A stretch of 64,000 nucleotides of DNA from Paracoccaceae bacterium (lineage in GTDB: Bacteria > Pseudomonadota > Alphaproteobacteria > Rhodobacterales > Rhodobacteraceae). The DNA lies in assembly GCA_020447005.1 (NCBI GenBank), contig JAGRDO010000060.1:3228-67227 (forward strand), in the 5' to 3' direction. The first letter of the stretch is position 1. Every line of letters starts with the position of its first letter. Under the pieces are notes generated by a model that was not told the origin of the DNA, did no database searches, and saw only the letters and a list, made by a program, of their open reading frames with translations. Position numbers and translations under genes: made by a program. Positions 54,970-64,000 of the stretch are shown piece after piece.

Positions 54970-55971
54970 ATGACGGTAACGGTTGGTATCAATGGTTTCG
55001 GTCGGATCGGGCGCTGCACGCTTGCCCATATCGCCGAAGCCGCCCGCAACGATGTTCAGGTCGTCAAGATCAATGCCACGGGCCCGATCGAAACCAATGC
55101 CCATCTTTTGAAATACGACAGTGTTCACGGCCGATTTGGAGGGCCGGTGAAGGTTTCGGGCAATACGCTCGACCTTGGCCGTGGTCCGATCGAGGTCATG
55201 TCGACATATAACCCCGAAGAACTGGACTGGGACGGTGTCGACGTCGTGCTGGAATGCACCGGCAAGTTCAATGACCGTGACAAGGCCGCCGTTCACCTTT
55301 CACGCGGGGCCAAGCGTGTCCTCGTTTCGGCGCCGGCGAAACGCGCCGACAAGACGATCGTCTACGGGGTCAATCATCGAGAACTGAAGTCCGATCATCT
55401 CGTGGTCTCGAACGGCTCCTGCACCACGAATTGCCTTGCACCTCTGGCGAAGGTTCTGAACGATGCGATCGGGATCGAGTCCGGTATCATGACGACAATC
55501 CATTCCTACACCGGCGATCAGCCATCCCTGGACCGGCGCCATAACGATCTGTATCGCGCCCGAGCCGCTGCCATGGCGATGATCCCGACTTCGACAGGTG
55601 CCGCCAAGGCCTTGGGCGAGGTGCTTCCGGAACTGGCGGGCAAGCTTGACGGAACCGCGATCCGCGTTCCGACACCAAATGTCTCGGCGGTCGACCTGAC
55701 CTTTCAGGCCGCACGCGACGTGACAGTTGCCGAGGTCAACGATATCGTAAGACAAGCCGCGGCAGGATATATGGGAATGGTTCTGTCCTATGACCCCGAA
55801 CCAAAGGTGTCGATTGACTTCAACCACACGCCCTATTCATCGATATTCGCCCCGGATCAGACAAAGGTCGTCGGTGGCCGTACCGTCCGCGTTCTGTCGT
55901 GGTACGACAATGAATGGGGCTTTTCCTGCCGCATGGCCGATGTCGCCGGCGCCATGGGCCGCTTGCTCTGA
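54970..55971 (+). CDS. gap: Type I glyceraldehyde-3-phosphate dehydrogenase (paralogue 1)
   Basis: Motifs INGFGRIGR, active site [24 protein letters not shown] at 54970 (M24 of the track ORF). Confidence 0.9.
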   Translation: MTVTVGINGFGRIGRCTLAHIAEAARNDVQVVKINATGPIETNAHLLKYDSVHGRFGGPVKVSGNTLDLGRGPIEVMSTYNPEELDWDGVDVVLECTGKFNDRDKAAVHLSRGAKRVLVSAPAKRADKTIVYGVNHRELKSDHLVVSNGSCTTNCLAPLAKVLNDAIGIESGIMTTIHSYTGDQPSLDRRHNDLYRARAAAMAMIPTSTGAAKALGEVLPELAGKLDGTAIRVPTPNVSAVDLTFQAARDVTVAEVNDIVRQAAAGYMGMVLSYDPEPKVSIDFNHTPYSSIFAPDQTKVVGGRTVRVLSWYDNEWGFSCRMADVAGAMGRLL

Positions 55972-56001
55972 GCGTGCCACCCCTAAGGATAGGCATCGGC
56001 C

Positions 56002-56142
56002 ATGACGAATCGCATCGCGCTCGTCCTTGGCCTCTTTATTGCGGCATTCTTCGTCACTGACTTTGCGCTCGGTCTGGGCGGATCGCTGTTTATTGGCCAG
56101 AAATTCGTGGCTTTCGTCGAATTTCTCGCATTCTGGCGGTAA
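56002..56142 (+). CDS. Possible 46-aa two-TM mini-protein between the two GAPDH genes
   Basis: ATG...TAA, 47 codons: MTNRIALVLGLFIAAFFVTDFALGLGGSLFIGQKFVAFVEFLAFWR. It is below the track's length cutoff. G/C at third positions is about two-thirds by my count. The SD is weak. Confidence 0.3.
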   Translation: MTNRIALVLGLFIAAFFVTDFALGLGGSLFIGQKFVAFVEFLAFWR

Positions 56143-56182
56143 CGTGATTACTCTGCCATTGATCTTCTGCTTTTTTTGCGGA

Positions 56183-56196
56183 TGTTAGCGCAAACA
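56183..56196. promoter_or_regulatory. Third copy (inverted, 1 mismatch) of the TGTTWKCGCTAACA-type palindrome, upstream of the second GAPDH gene
   Basis: TGTTAGCGCAAACA, whose reverse complement is TGTTTGCGCTAACA. It ends 27 bp before the ATG at 56223. Confidence 0.45.
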
Positions 56197-56222
56197 TAAA
56201 CTGGTGCGAGAAGGAGAGTTCG

Positions 56223-57224
56223 ATGGCAGTCAAGGTGGCAATCAACGGATTTGGCCGGATCGGCCGGAATGTGTTGCGCGCGATAATCGAATCCGGTCGC
56301 AAGGATATCGAGGTTATCGCGATCAATGACCTTGGACCTGTCGAGACGAATGCGCATCTGCTGCGATTTGACAGCGTCCACGGCCGGTTCCCGGCCGAAG
56401 TGACCACGACAGCAACCACGATCGATGTCGGCCGCGGGCCTATCGAAGTCACGGCGCTGCGAAATCCCGCCGATCTGCCGTGGTCCGATGTCGATGTCGT
56501 CATGGAATGCACCGGCATCTTCACCTCAAAGGAAGCAAGCCAGGCGCATCTTGATAACGGGTCGTCGCGTGTGCTCATTTCAGCGCCGGGCAAGGATGTC
56601 GACAAGACCATCGTCTATGGTGTGAACCACGACACGCTGACAAGAAACGATACCGTCGTCTCCAACGCGTCCTGTACGACGAACTGCCTTTCGCCGGTCG
56701 CCAAGGTGCTGAATGACAGCATCGGTATCACCAAGGGATTCATGACGACGATCCATTCGTACACGGGCGATCAGCCGACGCTTGATACGATGCACAAGGA
56801 TTTGTACCGGGCGCGCGCGGCGGCTTTGTCGATGATCCCGACATCGACCGGGGCGGCCAAGGCGGTCGGTCTCGTTCTGCCTGAATTGAACGGCAAGCTT
56901 GACGGGGTGGCCATCCGCGTGCCGACGCCGAACGTATCGGTCGTCGATTTCGTGTTCGAAGCCAGCCGCGACACATCGGTCGAGGAAATAAACACCGCCA
57001 TCCGGACTGCCGCCGGCGGCAATTTGAAGGGCATTCTGGCATTTACTGACCAGCCGAACGTATCGTCCGATTTCAACCACGATCCGCATTCCAGCATTTT
57101 CCACATGGATCAGACCAAGGTTCTGGATCGCCGCATGTGCCGGATCCTTACCTGGTACGATAACGAATGGGGCTTTTCCAACCGCATGGCCGACACGGCC
57201 GTCGCGATGGGCAAACTGATCTGA
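56223..57224 (+). CDS. gap: Type I glyceraldehyde-3-phosphate dehydrogenase (paralogue 2)
   Basis: [44 protein letters not shown] lies upstream. Confidence 0.95.
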   Translation: MAVKVAINGFGRIGRNVLRAIIESGRKDIEVIAINDLGPVETNAHLLRFDSVHGRFPAEVTTTATTIDVGRGPIEVTALRNPADLPWSDVDVVMECTGIFTSKEASQAHLDNGSSRVLISAPGKDVDKTIVYGVNHDTLTRNDTVVSNASCTTNCLSPVAKVLNDSIGITKGFMTTIHSYTGDQPTLDTMHKDLYRARAAALSMIPTSTGAAKAVGLVLPELNGKLDGVAIRVPTPNVSVVDFVFEASRDTSVEEINTAIRTAAGGNLKGILAFTDQPNVSSDFNHDPHSSIFHMDQTKVLDRRMCRILTWYDNEWGFSNRMADTAVAMGKLI

Positions 57225-57291
57225 GGTCCGCTTTTTCTTGCCGCATGGGCCTGGCTCTGTTCAACTGGGGTCAGGCCAATGCGGAGACAGG

Positions 57292-58419
57292 ATGACCGAG
57301 CCTGATTTTACCATCGGTATTGAGGAAGAATACCTGCTGGTCGACCGCGAAAGCCTTGCACTCGCCGTCGCACCGACCGAACTGATGGCCGCCTGCCGGG
57401 CGGAGATGGACGGACAGGTCAGCCCCGAATTCCTGCAATGCCAGATCGAGGTCGGGACGCGCGTCTGCGCTGATGTGAGCGCAGCCCGCGATGATCTGCG
57501 ACGCCTGCGATCCTGCGTTTCCCGAAATTCCGCCCGGTTCGGTCTGGTCCCGATAGCGGCCTCTTGTCATCCGTTCGCCGATTGGAAGGACCAGCACCAT
57601 ACGCCGAAGGAACGCTACGACGACCTGCGGCGCGACCTGGGCGGCGTTGCCCGCCGGATGCTGATCTGTGGCATGCATGTCCATGTGGGCATCCCGCAAA
57701 CGGACATGCGCATCGATCTGGTAAATCAGCTGTCCTATTTCCTGCCGCATCTTCTGGCGATGTCGGCATCATCACCATTCTGGCAGGGTGACGATACGGG
57801 TCTGGCCAGTTATCGCCTGACGATCTTCGACAATCTTCCGCGCACGGGCCTTCCGCCCAGTTTTGCCAGTTGGGGCGAATATCAGCGTTGTGTCAGCTTG
57901 CTGACCGACATGGGGATCATCGAGGACAGTTCGAAGATCTGGTGGGACCTGCGCCCTTCGGCCCGCTTTCCCACGATCGAAGCCCGGATCTGTGATGTGC
58001 AGCCGCGTCTGGAGTTCGCGCTGTCGCTTGCGGCAGCGGTTCAGTGTCTGACGCGGATGCTCTGGCGACTGAAGCGGCAGAACCAGCGCTGGCGGATCTA
58101 TGACAACTTTCTTATTGCCGAAAATCGCTGGCGGGCGCAGCGCTATGGCGTTTCGGGCGGGCTGATAGATTTCGGGCGCGGCGAAGTTGTGGAATTTGCC
58201 GAACTCCTTGCCGAACTGCACGAAGCGCTGGCAGAGGATGCCGCGGCTTTGGGCTGCGAAAGGGAATTGGAGCATCTGAAGAGCGTTCTGACCGACGGCA
58301 CAAGTGCGGATCGGCAACGCGCGGCGCTGGACGCGGCCTTGAATGCCGGCGAAAGCGACGCTTCCGCGTTACGCGCAGTGGTCGGCCATCTGATCGAGGA
58401 ATTTCACGCGGACCTGTAG
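57292..58419 (+). CDS. ybdK: Carboxylate-amine ligase, YbdK / glutamate-cysteine ligase family 2
   Basis: [27 protein letters not shown]...PTIEARICD. Confidence 0.85.
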   Translation: MTEPDFTIGIEEEYLLVDRESLALAVAPTELMAACRAEMDGQVSPEFLQCQIEVGTRVCADVSAARDDLRRLRSCVSRNSARFGLVPIAASCHPFADWKDQHHTPKERYDDLRRDLGGVARRMLICGMHVHVGIPQTDMRIDLVNQLSYFLPHLLAMSASSPFWQGDDTGLASYRLTIFDNLPRTGLPPSFASWGEYQRCVSLLTDMGIIEDSSKIWWDLRPSARFPTIEARICDVQPRLEFALSLAAAVQCLTRMLWRLKRQNQRWRIYDNFLIAENRWRAQRYGVSGGLIDFGRGEVVEFAELLAELHEALAEDAAALGCERELEHLKSVLTDGTSADRQRAALDAALNAGESDASALRAVVGHLIEEFHADL

Positions 58420-58429
58420 ATATAAACAA

Positions 58430-58454
58430 TAGGGGCGCTGCCAGAGCGCCCCTA
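58430..58454. terminator. Hairpin terminator between convergent ybdK and the VPLPA-CTERM gene
   Basis: TAGGGGCGCT-GCCAG-AGCGCCCCTA. The flanks are A/T-rich (ATATAAACAA on the left). Confidence 0.55.
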
Positions 58455-58477
58455 GGTTCAAAATCTTCCCCGTCGGC

Positions 58478-59083
58478 TTACGCCTGACGCCGTTTCCTTC
58501 GCGATGCAGCAAGCGCCCCGAGCGCACCGACCATCAGCACCCCCGCCGCAGGCAGCGGAACCGCTGCCGGAACCAGCTGGCCGTAAAGGTTCACGTGAGA
58601 CAGCGACTGGCTCCCGTTATTGATCGACCATGTGCCGCTGGTTACGCCGGCAGAAAGTCCAAAGGCCGCCCAATCCGGGTTGAGCTGGGCCACACCGCTC
58701 TTGAACGCGATGACCAGATTCGACCACATCGACCCCTTAGGGGCCGGTGGAAGCAAAAAAGACCACATTCCCGACAGCCCCCCGACGCCGGAAACCGACA
58801 TGGCGCTGCCGCTCACATCCGACTTGTCGATAAGCTGATAGCCCGACCCGAGAATTGCAAACAGCGGATCAGGATTGGCGCCGCCCGGATTGCCGCTGAT
58901 ATTGCCCACGCCCGAAGCAATACATGTTGCGCCGGGCGCTACCGTCGTGACCGAAAATTCCCGGTCATTTGTTGCGGCCGTCCCGGGGCAGAGCGTCGTG
59001 ACCGTCGCCCCGTGAGCCGAAATGGCCATGAAAACCGAGGAAACCAAAGCCGCAACAAAAACGCGGCCAGCACTCATAGGCAT
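58478..59083 (-). CDS. VPLPA-CTERM sorting-domain protein
   Basis: Signal peptide MPMSAGRVFVAALVSSVFMAISAHG. The C-terminus ...VPLPAAGVLMVGALGALAASRRKRRQA gives VPLPA, then a TM helix, then a basic tail. AAGGA lies 7 nt before the ATG at 59083. Confidence 0.7.
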   Translation of the reverse strand: MPMSAGRVFVAALVSSVFMAISAHGATVTTLCPGTAATNDREFSVTTVAPGATCIASGVGNISGNPGGANPDPLFAILGSGYQLIDKSDVSGSAMSVSGVGGLSGMWSFLLPPAPKGSMWSNLVIAFKSGVAQLNPDWAAFGLSAGVTSGTWSINNGSQSLSHVNLYGQLVPAAVPLPAAGVLMVGALGALAASRRKRRQA

Positions 59084-59430
59084 GATTCGATCCTTTACAC
59101 CCCGAACACCCAACACCGCCACAATCTCGACACATTCGGGGCCGGTGTCAAAATGAATTTGGTTTCGCCGAAAACTGCGCTGTCACTCGCCTCCAAATCC
59201 GGGACATTGGCACCGAATTCCCCAAAAACAATGCGTTTGTGATAACAATCGCCAATGCGCAGCGTTTATCGGGGGGAAGAGGCCACCGGCAGGCGACAGT
59301 GCCGCCGGATGGCCCGGAAAGGCTCGACCGCATCGGAACCGGGCGGCCGACGAACGGAAGCCCTTGCAAATGCGGGCCACGCAATGGAATTTAACGCACG
59401 TTCAATTCATATGTCACAGGGGCGCGCCGA

Positions 59431-60576
59431 ATGGACTTCATGCCAACAGAGGAACAGCTGGCAATCATTGATATGGTGCGCGGATTTGGCCGCGAACACA
59501 TCGCCCCCTTCGCGCGCCAATGGGAAGCCGAAGGCAGCATCCCCAGATCGCTTTGGCCAAAAGCAGCGGCGCTTGGCCTTGGCGGGATAAACGTCAGCGA
59601 GGACCATGGCGGGGCCGGGCTTTCACGTCTGGATTCGACGCTGATCTTTGAAGCCCTGGCAATGTCATGCCCTGCGGTCGGATCGTTCCTGTCAATCCAT
59701 AACATGTGCGGCGGGATGATCGACCGCTTCGGCTCGGCAGCCGCGAAGGAACGGTGGCTTCCGGACCTTGTGGCGATGAAAACGGTCTTTTCCTACTGCC
59801 TTACCGAGCCCGGATCAGGATCCGATGCTTCCGCCCTGCAAACGAAGGCAGAGCGGATCGAGGCAGGGTATCAGTTGAACGGGACCAAAGCGTTCATTTC
59901 GGGCGGTTCGTATTCAGATGCATATCTCACGATGGTTCGAACCGGTCGGGCGGGCCCTGCCGGAATATCGGCGGTCATCGTCGAAAAGGACCGGCCGGGG
60001 CTTTCCTTCGGGGCGCTGGAAAACAAGATGGGTTGGCGGGCGCAACCGACCACTCAGGTCCGGTTTGACGACTGTATGATCCCGGGCGACAACCTGCTGG
60101 GTGAGGAAGGCAGGGGGTTTTTCTACGCCATGGCCGGGCTTGATGGCGGACGGCTGAACATCGCGGCTTCGGCACTGGGCGGCGCCCAGGCCGCCCTTGA
60201 TGCGACGCTGACCTACATGGCCGAGCGCGAGGCTTTCGGTTCGACGCTTGACCAGTTTCAGGCGCTGCAATTCCGTCTTGCAGAGATGGAAGTCAAACTT
60301 CAGTCCGCCCGCACTTTCCTGCGGCACGCGGCGTGGAAACTGGACAACAAGGCCACCGACGCGACGAAATTCTGCGCCATGGCCAAGTTGCTTGTCACCG
60401 ACAATGCATTCGATGTGGCAAACCAGTGCCTGCAACTCCATGGAGGTTATGGCTATCTTGCCGATTACGGCATCGAAAAGATCGTCCGCGATCTCCGCGT
60501 CCATCAGATTCTGGAAGGCACGAATGAAATCATGCGGTTAATCACCGCCCGGGCGCTTCTGGGCGAGCGGAACTGA
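59431..60576 (+). CDS. Acyl-CoA dehydrogenase (probably isobutyryl-CoA dehydrogenase, from context)
   Basis: CLTEPGSGSD, the ACAD fold throughout, and QLHGGYGY near the C-terminus. Two valine-catabolism genes follow it. Confidence 0.85.
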   Translation: MDFMPTEEQLAIIDMVRGFGREHIAPFARQWEAEGSIPRSLWPKAAALGLGGINVSEDHGGAGLSRLDSTLIFEALAMSCPAVGSFLSIHNMCGGMIDRFGSAAAKERWLPDLVAMKTVFSYCLTEPGSGSDASALQTKAERIEAGYQLNGTKAFISGGSYSDAYLTMVRTGRAGPAGISAVIVEKDRPGLSFGALENKMGWRAQPTTQVRFDDCMIPGDNLLGEEGRGFFYAMAGLDGGRLNIAASALGGAQAALDATLTYMAEREAFGSTLDQFQALQFRLAEMEVKLQSARTFLRHAAWKLDNKATDATKFCAMAKLLVTDNAFDVANQCLQLHGGYGYLADYGIEKIVRDLRVHQILEGTNEIMRLITARALLGERN

Positions 60577-61622
60577 TGAGTGAGGTGAACATTCGCGCCG
60601 AGGGGCGCGCCGGCCGGATCACTTTGAACAGACCGCATGCATTGAACGCGCTGACGCATGGCATGTGCCGGAAGATCACTTCCGCGCTGACAGCGTGGCA
60701 GAGTGACCGCGAAATCACGTTGATCCTGATCGACGCGACGGGCGACCGTGCCTTCTGTGCCGGCGGCGACATCGCTGAAATGTACGAGACGGGACGCCGT
60801 GGCGATTTCAGCTATGGCCGGACGTTTTGGGCGGACGAGTACCGGATGAACGCGCAGATCGCCGAATATCCGAAACCGGTCGTCAGTTTCCTGCATGGGT
60901 TCACGATGGGCGGCGGCGTCGGTGTCGGCTGCCTTGGCAGTCACCGCATCGTTGGCGAAAGCGCCCAGATCGCCATGCCCGAATGCAGCATAGGACTGAT
61001 ACCCGATGTGGGCGGCAGCGCGATACTGGCCACCGCGCCCGGGCGGTTGGGCGAGTATCTGGGCATCACCTGCCGCCGCATGGGCCCATCCGACGCTATT
61101 CTTGCCGGTTTTGCCGATGGCTTTGTACCCGAAGCCGAGTGGAAGAAGCTGCTGAAATTGCTGGTCGACCATGGCGATGTCGGGGCCATATCCACATTCA
61201 GACGCGATGCGCCCGCAGGTTGGCTGGAAGATCTGCAATCGGAGGTCGACCGCCATTTCGCGGGCGAGACCCTCGGCGACATCGTGCGATCGTTGAAACA
61301 TTCCGACACTGCCTTCGCGGCCGAAACCTTGAAGGCGATCGGGCGCGTCTCGCCCCTTTCCGCGGCATGTACAGTCGAGATGATCCATCGGATTCGCGCG
61401 GTGCCGAGCCTGCGCCGGGCTCTGGAAATGGAATATCGCTTCACCTATCGTTCGATGGAAATGGCCGACTTCCTTGAAGGCATCCGCGCCAAGATCATCG
61501 ACAAGGATCATGAACCGCGCTGGCGCCATGACGGGCCCGAGGCTGTGCCCGCGGCCGATGTCGCGAGGATGTTGATGCCGCTCGGCGATGCCGCGTTGAA
61601 CTTTGAAGGGAGTGACGAATGA
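60576..61622 (+). CDS. Enoyl-CoA hydratase/isomerase family, 3-hydroxyisobutyryl-CoA hydrolase-like
   Basis: ITLNRPHALNAL, FCAGGDI, GFTMGGGVG, and a long C-terminal extension typical of HIBCH. TGATG overlap with the upstream gene. Confidence 0.8.
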   Translation: MSEVNIRAEGRAGRITLNRPHALNALTHGMCRKITSALTAWQSDREITLILIDATGDRAFCAGGDIAEMYETGRRGDFSYGRTFWADEYRMNAQIAEYPKPVVSFLHGFTMGGGVGVGCLGSHRIVGESAQIAMPECSIGLIPDVGGSAILATAPGRLGEYLGITCRRMGPSDAILAGFADGFVPEAEWKKLLKLLVDHGDVGAISTFRRDAPAGWLEDLQSEVDRHFAGETLGDIVRSLKHSDTAFAAETLKAIGRVSPLSAACTVEMIHRIRAVPSLRRALEMEYRFTYRSMEMADFLEGIRAKIIDKDHEPRWRHDGPEAVPAADVARMLMPLGDAALNFEGSDE

Positions 61623-62491
61623 AGATAGGATTCATCGGGCTTGGCAATATGGGTGCGCCAATGGCCCGGAACCTCGTGGCAGCGGGTCATATCGTCACCG
61701 GCTATGATACTCATGCCGCCATGCCGGATGGCGTGACCGGCGCGATCAGCGCCGCCGGGGCCGCCCATGACGCCGATGTCGTCATCACCATGCTGCCAAA
61801 CGGGGCAATATTGCGGACGGTGGCGAAGGAAGTGATGCCCGCGCTCAAGCCGGGGGCTGTTCTTTGCGATTGCTCGACGGTCGATGTGGAAACGGCGCGT
61901 ATCGTCGCTGATGAGGCGGCCCGCGCGGGCTGTCTGGCGATAGACGCACCGGTTTCAGGCGGAATTGGCGGCGCGGCCGCCGGGACGCTGACGTTCATGG
62001 CCGGCGGCACATCTGCCGCCTTTGAAATCGTTCGCCCGCTTTTCGACATCATGGGGCAGAAAGCCGTTCACTGCGGCGGCGCAGGCGCCGGTCAGGCGGC
62101 CAAGATCTGCAACAACATGATCCTTGGCGTCACGATGATCGCCACCTGCGAAGCCTTTGCGCTTGCGGATAAACTGGGGCTTGACCGACAAAAGATGTTT
62201 GACGTCGTGTCCACCTCTTCGGGGTATTCATGGAGCATGAATGCCTATTGCCCCGCCCCCGGGGTTGGGCCGAAATCACCTTCTGACAACGGGTATCAAC
62301 CGGGGTTTGCGGCGGAACTCATGCTGAAGGATCTGCGGTTGTCGCAGCAGGCGGCCGAACTTGCCGATGCGGATACGCCCATGGGTCAGCTTGCCGCCTT
62401 GCTCTACGAAACATTCGTGGAGGCCGAGGATGGCCGCGGCAGGGATTTTTCTGCCATGCTGCCCCGCTTCGAAAAGCGGCAGCGCGGCTGA
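61619..62491 (+). CDS. mmsB: 3-hydroxyisobutyrate dehydrogenase
   Basis: MKIGFIGLGNMGAPMARNL, DAPVSGG, GAGQAAKICNN. ATGA overlap. Confidence 0.85.
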   Translation: MKIGFIGLGNMGAPMARNLVAAGHIVTGYDTHAAMPDGVTGAISAAGAAHDADVVITMLPNGAILRTVAKEVMPALKPGAVLCDCSTVDVETARIVADEAARAGCLAIDAPVSGGIGGAAAGTLTFMAGGTSAAFEIVRPLFDIMGQKAVHCGGAGAGQAAKICNNMILGVTMIATCEAFALADKLGLDRQKMFDVVSTSSGYSWSMNAYCPAPGVGPKSPSDNGYQPGFAAELMLKDLRLSQQAAELADADTPMGQLAALLYETFVEAEDGRGRDFSAMLPRFEKRQRG

Positions 62492-62512
62492 CAATCTGGC
62501 GGAGGAAGGTGC

Positions 62513-63184
62513 ATGACAGCGGCTGTGTCCCGGAACTGGCTTGCCACCGCCCGGCAACTTGACCGGCTGGACCCGCGGGCAACCGAACGTCTGGCCGAGC
62601 TTGCGCCGACCGATATTCCGAAAGGGACAACGCTTTTCCGCCCTGGCGATGCGGCGAAAGGCTTTCTCGTCGTTCTTGAGGGGCGGGTCGAGGTTTACCT
62701 GACCGGTCCCTCCGGGCGCGATATTCTTCTTTATGCGGTGGAACCGGGTGGGTCTTGCGTGCAAACGACGCTCGGGTTGCTTGGCGGCGAGGATTATACG
62801 GGCGAGGCAGTGACCGCCCTGCCTTCGCGAGTGGTCTTGATTCCGCGCAGCCTGTTCCTGAGCCTCATGGACAGCTCGCCGGCGTTCCGCACCTTCGTGT
62901 TCGGTGCGTTTGCCGGACGTATGCAGGACATGATGCACCTGTTGGAACGCGTTGCCTTTCAGCGGATCGAAAGCCGGCTTGCGCGGGCATTGCTTGAACG
63001 CGCGGTCGACGGCTCGGTCGAAGCGACGCATCAGGAACTTGCCGCGCTGATCGGTTCGGCGCGCGAAGTCGTTTCGCGGCGGCTTGAGGTTTTCGCGCGC
63101 GAGGGCTGGGTTTCAACCGTGAGGGGCAGTGTCAGCCTGACGGATCCCGACACCCTGCGGCGGCTTGCCGCAGCCGCCGACTAG
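62513..63184 (+). CDS. Crp/Fnr-family transcriptional regulator
   Basis: cNMP-binding-like N-domain (LFRPGDAAKGFLVVLEGRVEVYL) and a C-terminal HTH (THQELAALIGSAREVVSRRL). Confidence 0.8.
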   Translation: MTAAVSRNWLATARQLDRLDPRATERLAELAPTDIPKGTTLFRPGDAAKGFLVVLEGRVEVYLTGPSGRDILLYAVEPGGSCVQTTLGLLGGEDYTGEAVTALPSRVVLIPRSLFLSLMDSSPAFRTFVFGAFAGRMQDMMHLLERVAFQRIESRLARALLERAVDGSVEATHQELAALIGSAREVVSRRLEVFAREGWVSTVRGSVSLTDPDTLRRLAAAAD

Positions 63185-63276
63185 CGTGACGAGGTCACAG
63201 ACATGCGCGTTGTCGCGGTTCAATATCAATTGGTCAGGAACGAAGCGAATGTGGCTTCGCAAACCGGAGAAAGAGA

Positions 63277-63486
63277 ATGTTCAAGACCAATGTTGGCGGC
63301 ATCGACCGCATTATTCGGATCGCTCTGGGGATCGCGCTCATTGCGTGGTGGTATCTTGCGCCGGGCATGGGCCTGCGCTGGTTGCCGCTGGTCCTTGGCA
63401 TCGTGGCCCTTGGCACGGGTGTGATGTCAACCTGCCCGCTTTATTCGCTGTTGGGCTTGAATACCTGCCCTGTCAAGAAAGCCTGA
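63277..63486 (+). CDS. DUF2892 (YgaP-like) small membrane protein
   Basis: NVGGIDRIIRIALGIALI...CPLYSLLGLNTC is the DUF2892 signature. Confidence 0.7.
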   Translation: MFKTNVGGIDRIIRIALGIALIAWWYLAPGMGLRWLPLVLGIVALGTGVMSTCPLYSLLGLNTCPVKKA

Positions 63487-63498
63487 AGGACCGATCCG

Positions 63499-63526
63499 GC
63501 GGATGGCCCCATGTCGGGCCATCCGC
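63499..63526. terminator. Hairpin between the convergent DUF2892 gene and uvrA
   Basis: GCGGATGGCCC-CATGTC-GGGCCATCCGC, an 11-bp perfect stem with no T-tract. Confidence 0.45.
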
Positions 63527-63560
63527 AATGCCTTGGAAAACCGCCCCTGCGGCGCGCCGT

Positions 63561-64000
63561 TTATTCGGCGGCGACGCGCCGCGGTTTCAACATGGGCAAA
63601 AGATAGCGGCCGGTGTGGCTGGCTTCGGCTTGCGCGACCTGTTCCGGGGTTCCGGTCGCGACGATACGCCCGCCCCCGTCCCCGCCTTCGGGACCGATGT
63701 CAATGATCCAGTCGGCCGTCTTGATGACGTCCAGATTGTGCTCGATAACGATGACGGTGTTGCCCTGCTCGACAAGCTCATGGAGCACTTCCAGCAATTT
63801 TCGAACATCTTCAAAGTGCAAACCTGTCGTCGGCTCATCCAGAATGTACAAAGTGCGACCAGTGGACCGTCTGGACAGTTCTTTCGACAGTTTCACCCGC
63901 TGCGCTTCGCCACCTGAAAGCGTGGTGGCCTGCTGGCCGACCTTGATATAGCCAAGGCCAACCTTGACCAGCGCATCCATCTTTTCGCGGATTGCCGGAA
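63561..64000 (-). CDS. uvrA: Excinuclease ABC subunit A, C-terminal end (gene continues beyond the right edge)
   Basis: [84 protein letters not shown] is the second ABC signature/Walker B region of UvrA. Confidence 0.95.
   Translation of the reverse strand, partial: PAIREKMDALVKVGLGYIKVGQQATTLSGGEAQRVKLSKELSRRSTGRTLYILDEPTTGLHFEDVRKLLEVLHELVEQGNTVIVIEHNLDVIKTADWIIDIGPEGGDGGGRIVATGTPEQVAQAEASHTGRYLLPMLKPRRVAAE

Noticed and set aside
59084-59430. The 347-bp intergenic region upstream of the valine-catabolism operon was examined for an sRNA, riboswitch or small ORF.
   Set aside because: Only short imperfect repeats were found (ACAA-N5-TTGT, and CAATGCG twice). There is no convincing hairpin-plus-T-tract, no conserved riboswitch core that I recognise, and the track ORFs here are antisense-type low complexity.
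63186-63198. The palindrome GTGAC-N3-GTCAC immediately after the crp/fnr stop was considered as a CRP/FNR box.
   Set aside because: Its arm spacing does not match the TGTGA-N6-TCACA or TTGAT-N4-ATCAA architectures. A 5-bp stem with a 3-nt loop is too weak to call a terminator.
1-64000. A search of all intergenic spacers longer than 60 bp for tRNA, rRNA, tmRNA, RNase P or SRP RNA.
   Set aside because: No cloverleaf-like or otherwise recognisable structured RNA signature was seen by eye. A covariance-model scan (tRNAscan-SE or Infernal) would be needed to exclude them formally.

Overview
This is a high-GC, densely packed alphaproteobacterial chromosome segment. The family mix (a Hint-domain protein, a VPLPA-CTERM protein, many orphan GT/FkbM genes) suggests Rhodobacterales, but that is inference. 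I support about 70 protein-coding genes, many translationally coupled through ATGA or TGATG overlaps. I saw no rRNA, tRNA, CRISPR array, transposase or integrase. All family calls come from reading motifs in the supplied translations; no searches or computations were run, and start codons are best guesses.

Layout:
- 0-34 kb is mostly housekeeping: infC with an ATA start, rlmJ, pyrC, pyrE, dnaB-alr-mlaEF, radA-cvpA-purF-DUF1284, bioY, surE-pcm-nlpD, tatABC-DUF815, and hisB-hisH-glsA. Accessory items are interspersed: a GT plus hydrolase-like pair at 4.6-6.8 kb, a WYL regulator, an orphan ABC ATPase, a Hint-domain protein, and a BTLCP protease convergent with a Gly/Asp-rich tandem-repeat secreted protein.
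- 34.5-53.8 kb is the most unusual part. It is a 16-gene island holding about 8 glycosyltransferase domains, about 5 methyltransferase domains, GSCFA and SGNH-like proteins, an alpha/beta-hydrolase-like protein, two unknowns and an RTX-repeat Cys-type sulfatase. It has no visible membrane protein, priming transferase, flippase, polymerase, exporter or sugar-nucleotide gene. It shows extensive internal domain paralogy and has a satellite copy at 4.6-6.8 kb.
- 53.8-64 kb holds DUF808, two tandem GAPDH genes sharing a 14-bp palindromic motif (3 copies), a YbdK-type ligase, a VPLPA-CTERM protein, a valine-catabolism operon, a Crp/Fnr regulator, DUF2892, and the 3' end of uvrA.

The many long antisense or alternate-frame ORFs in the track are treated as high-GC artefacts.
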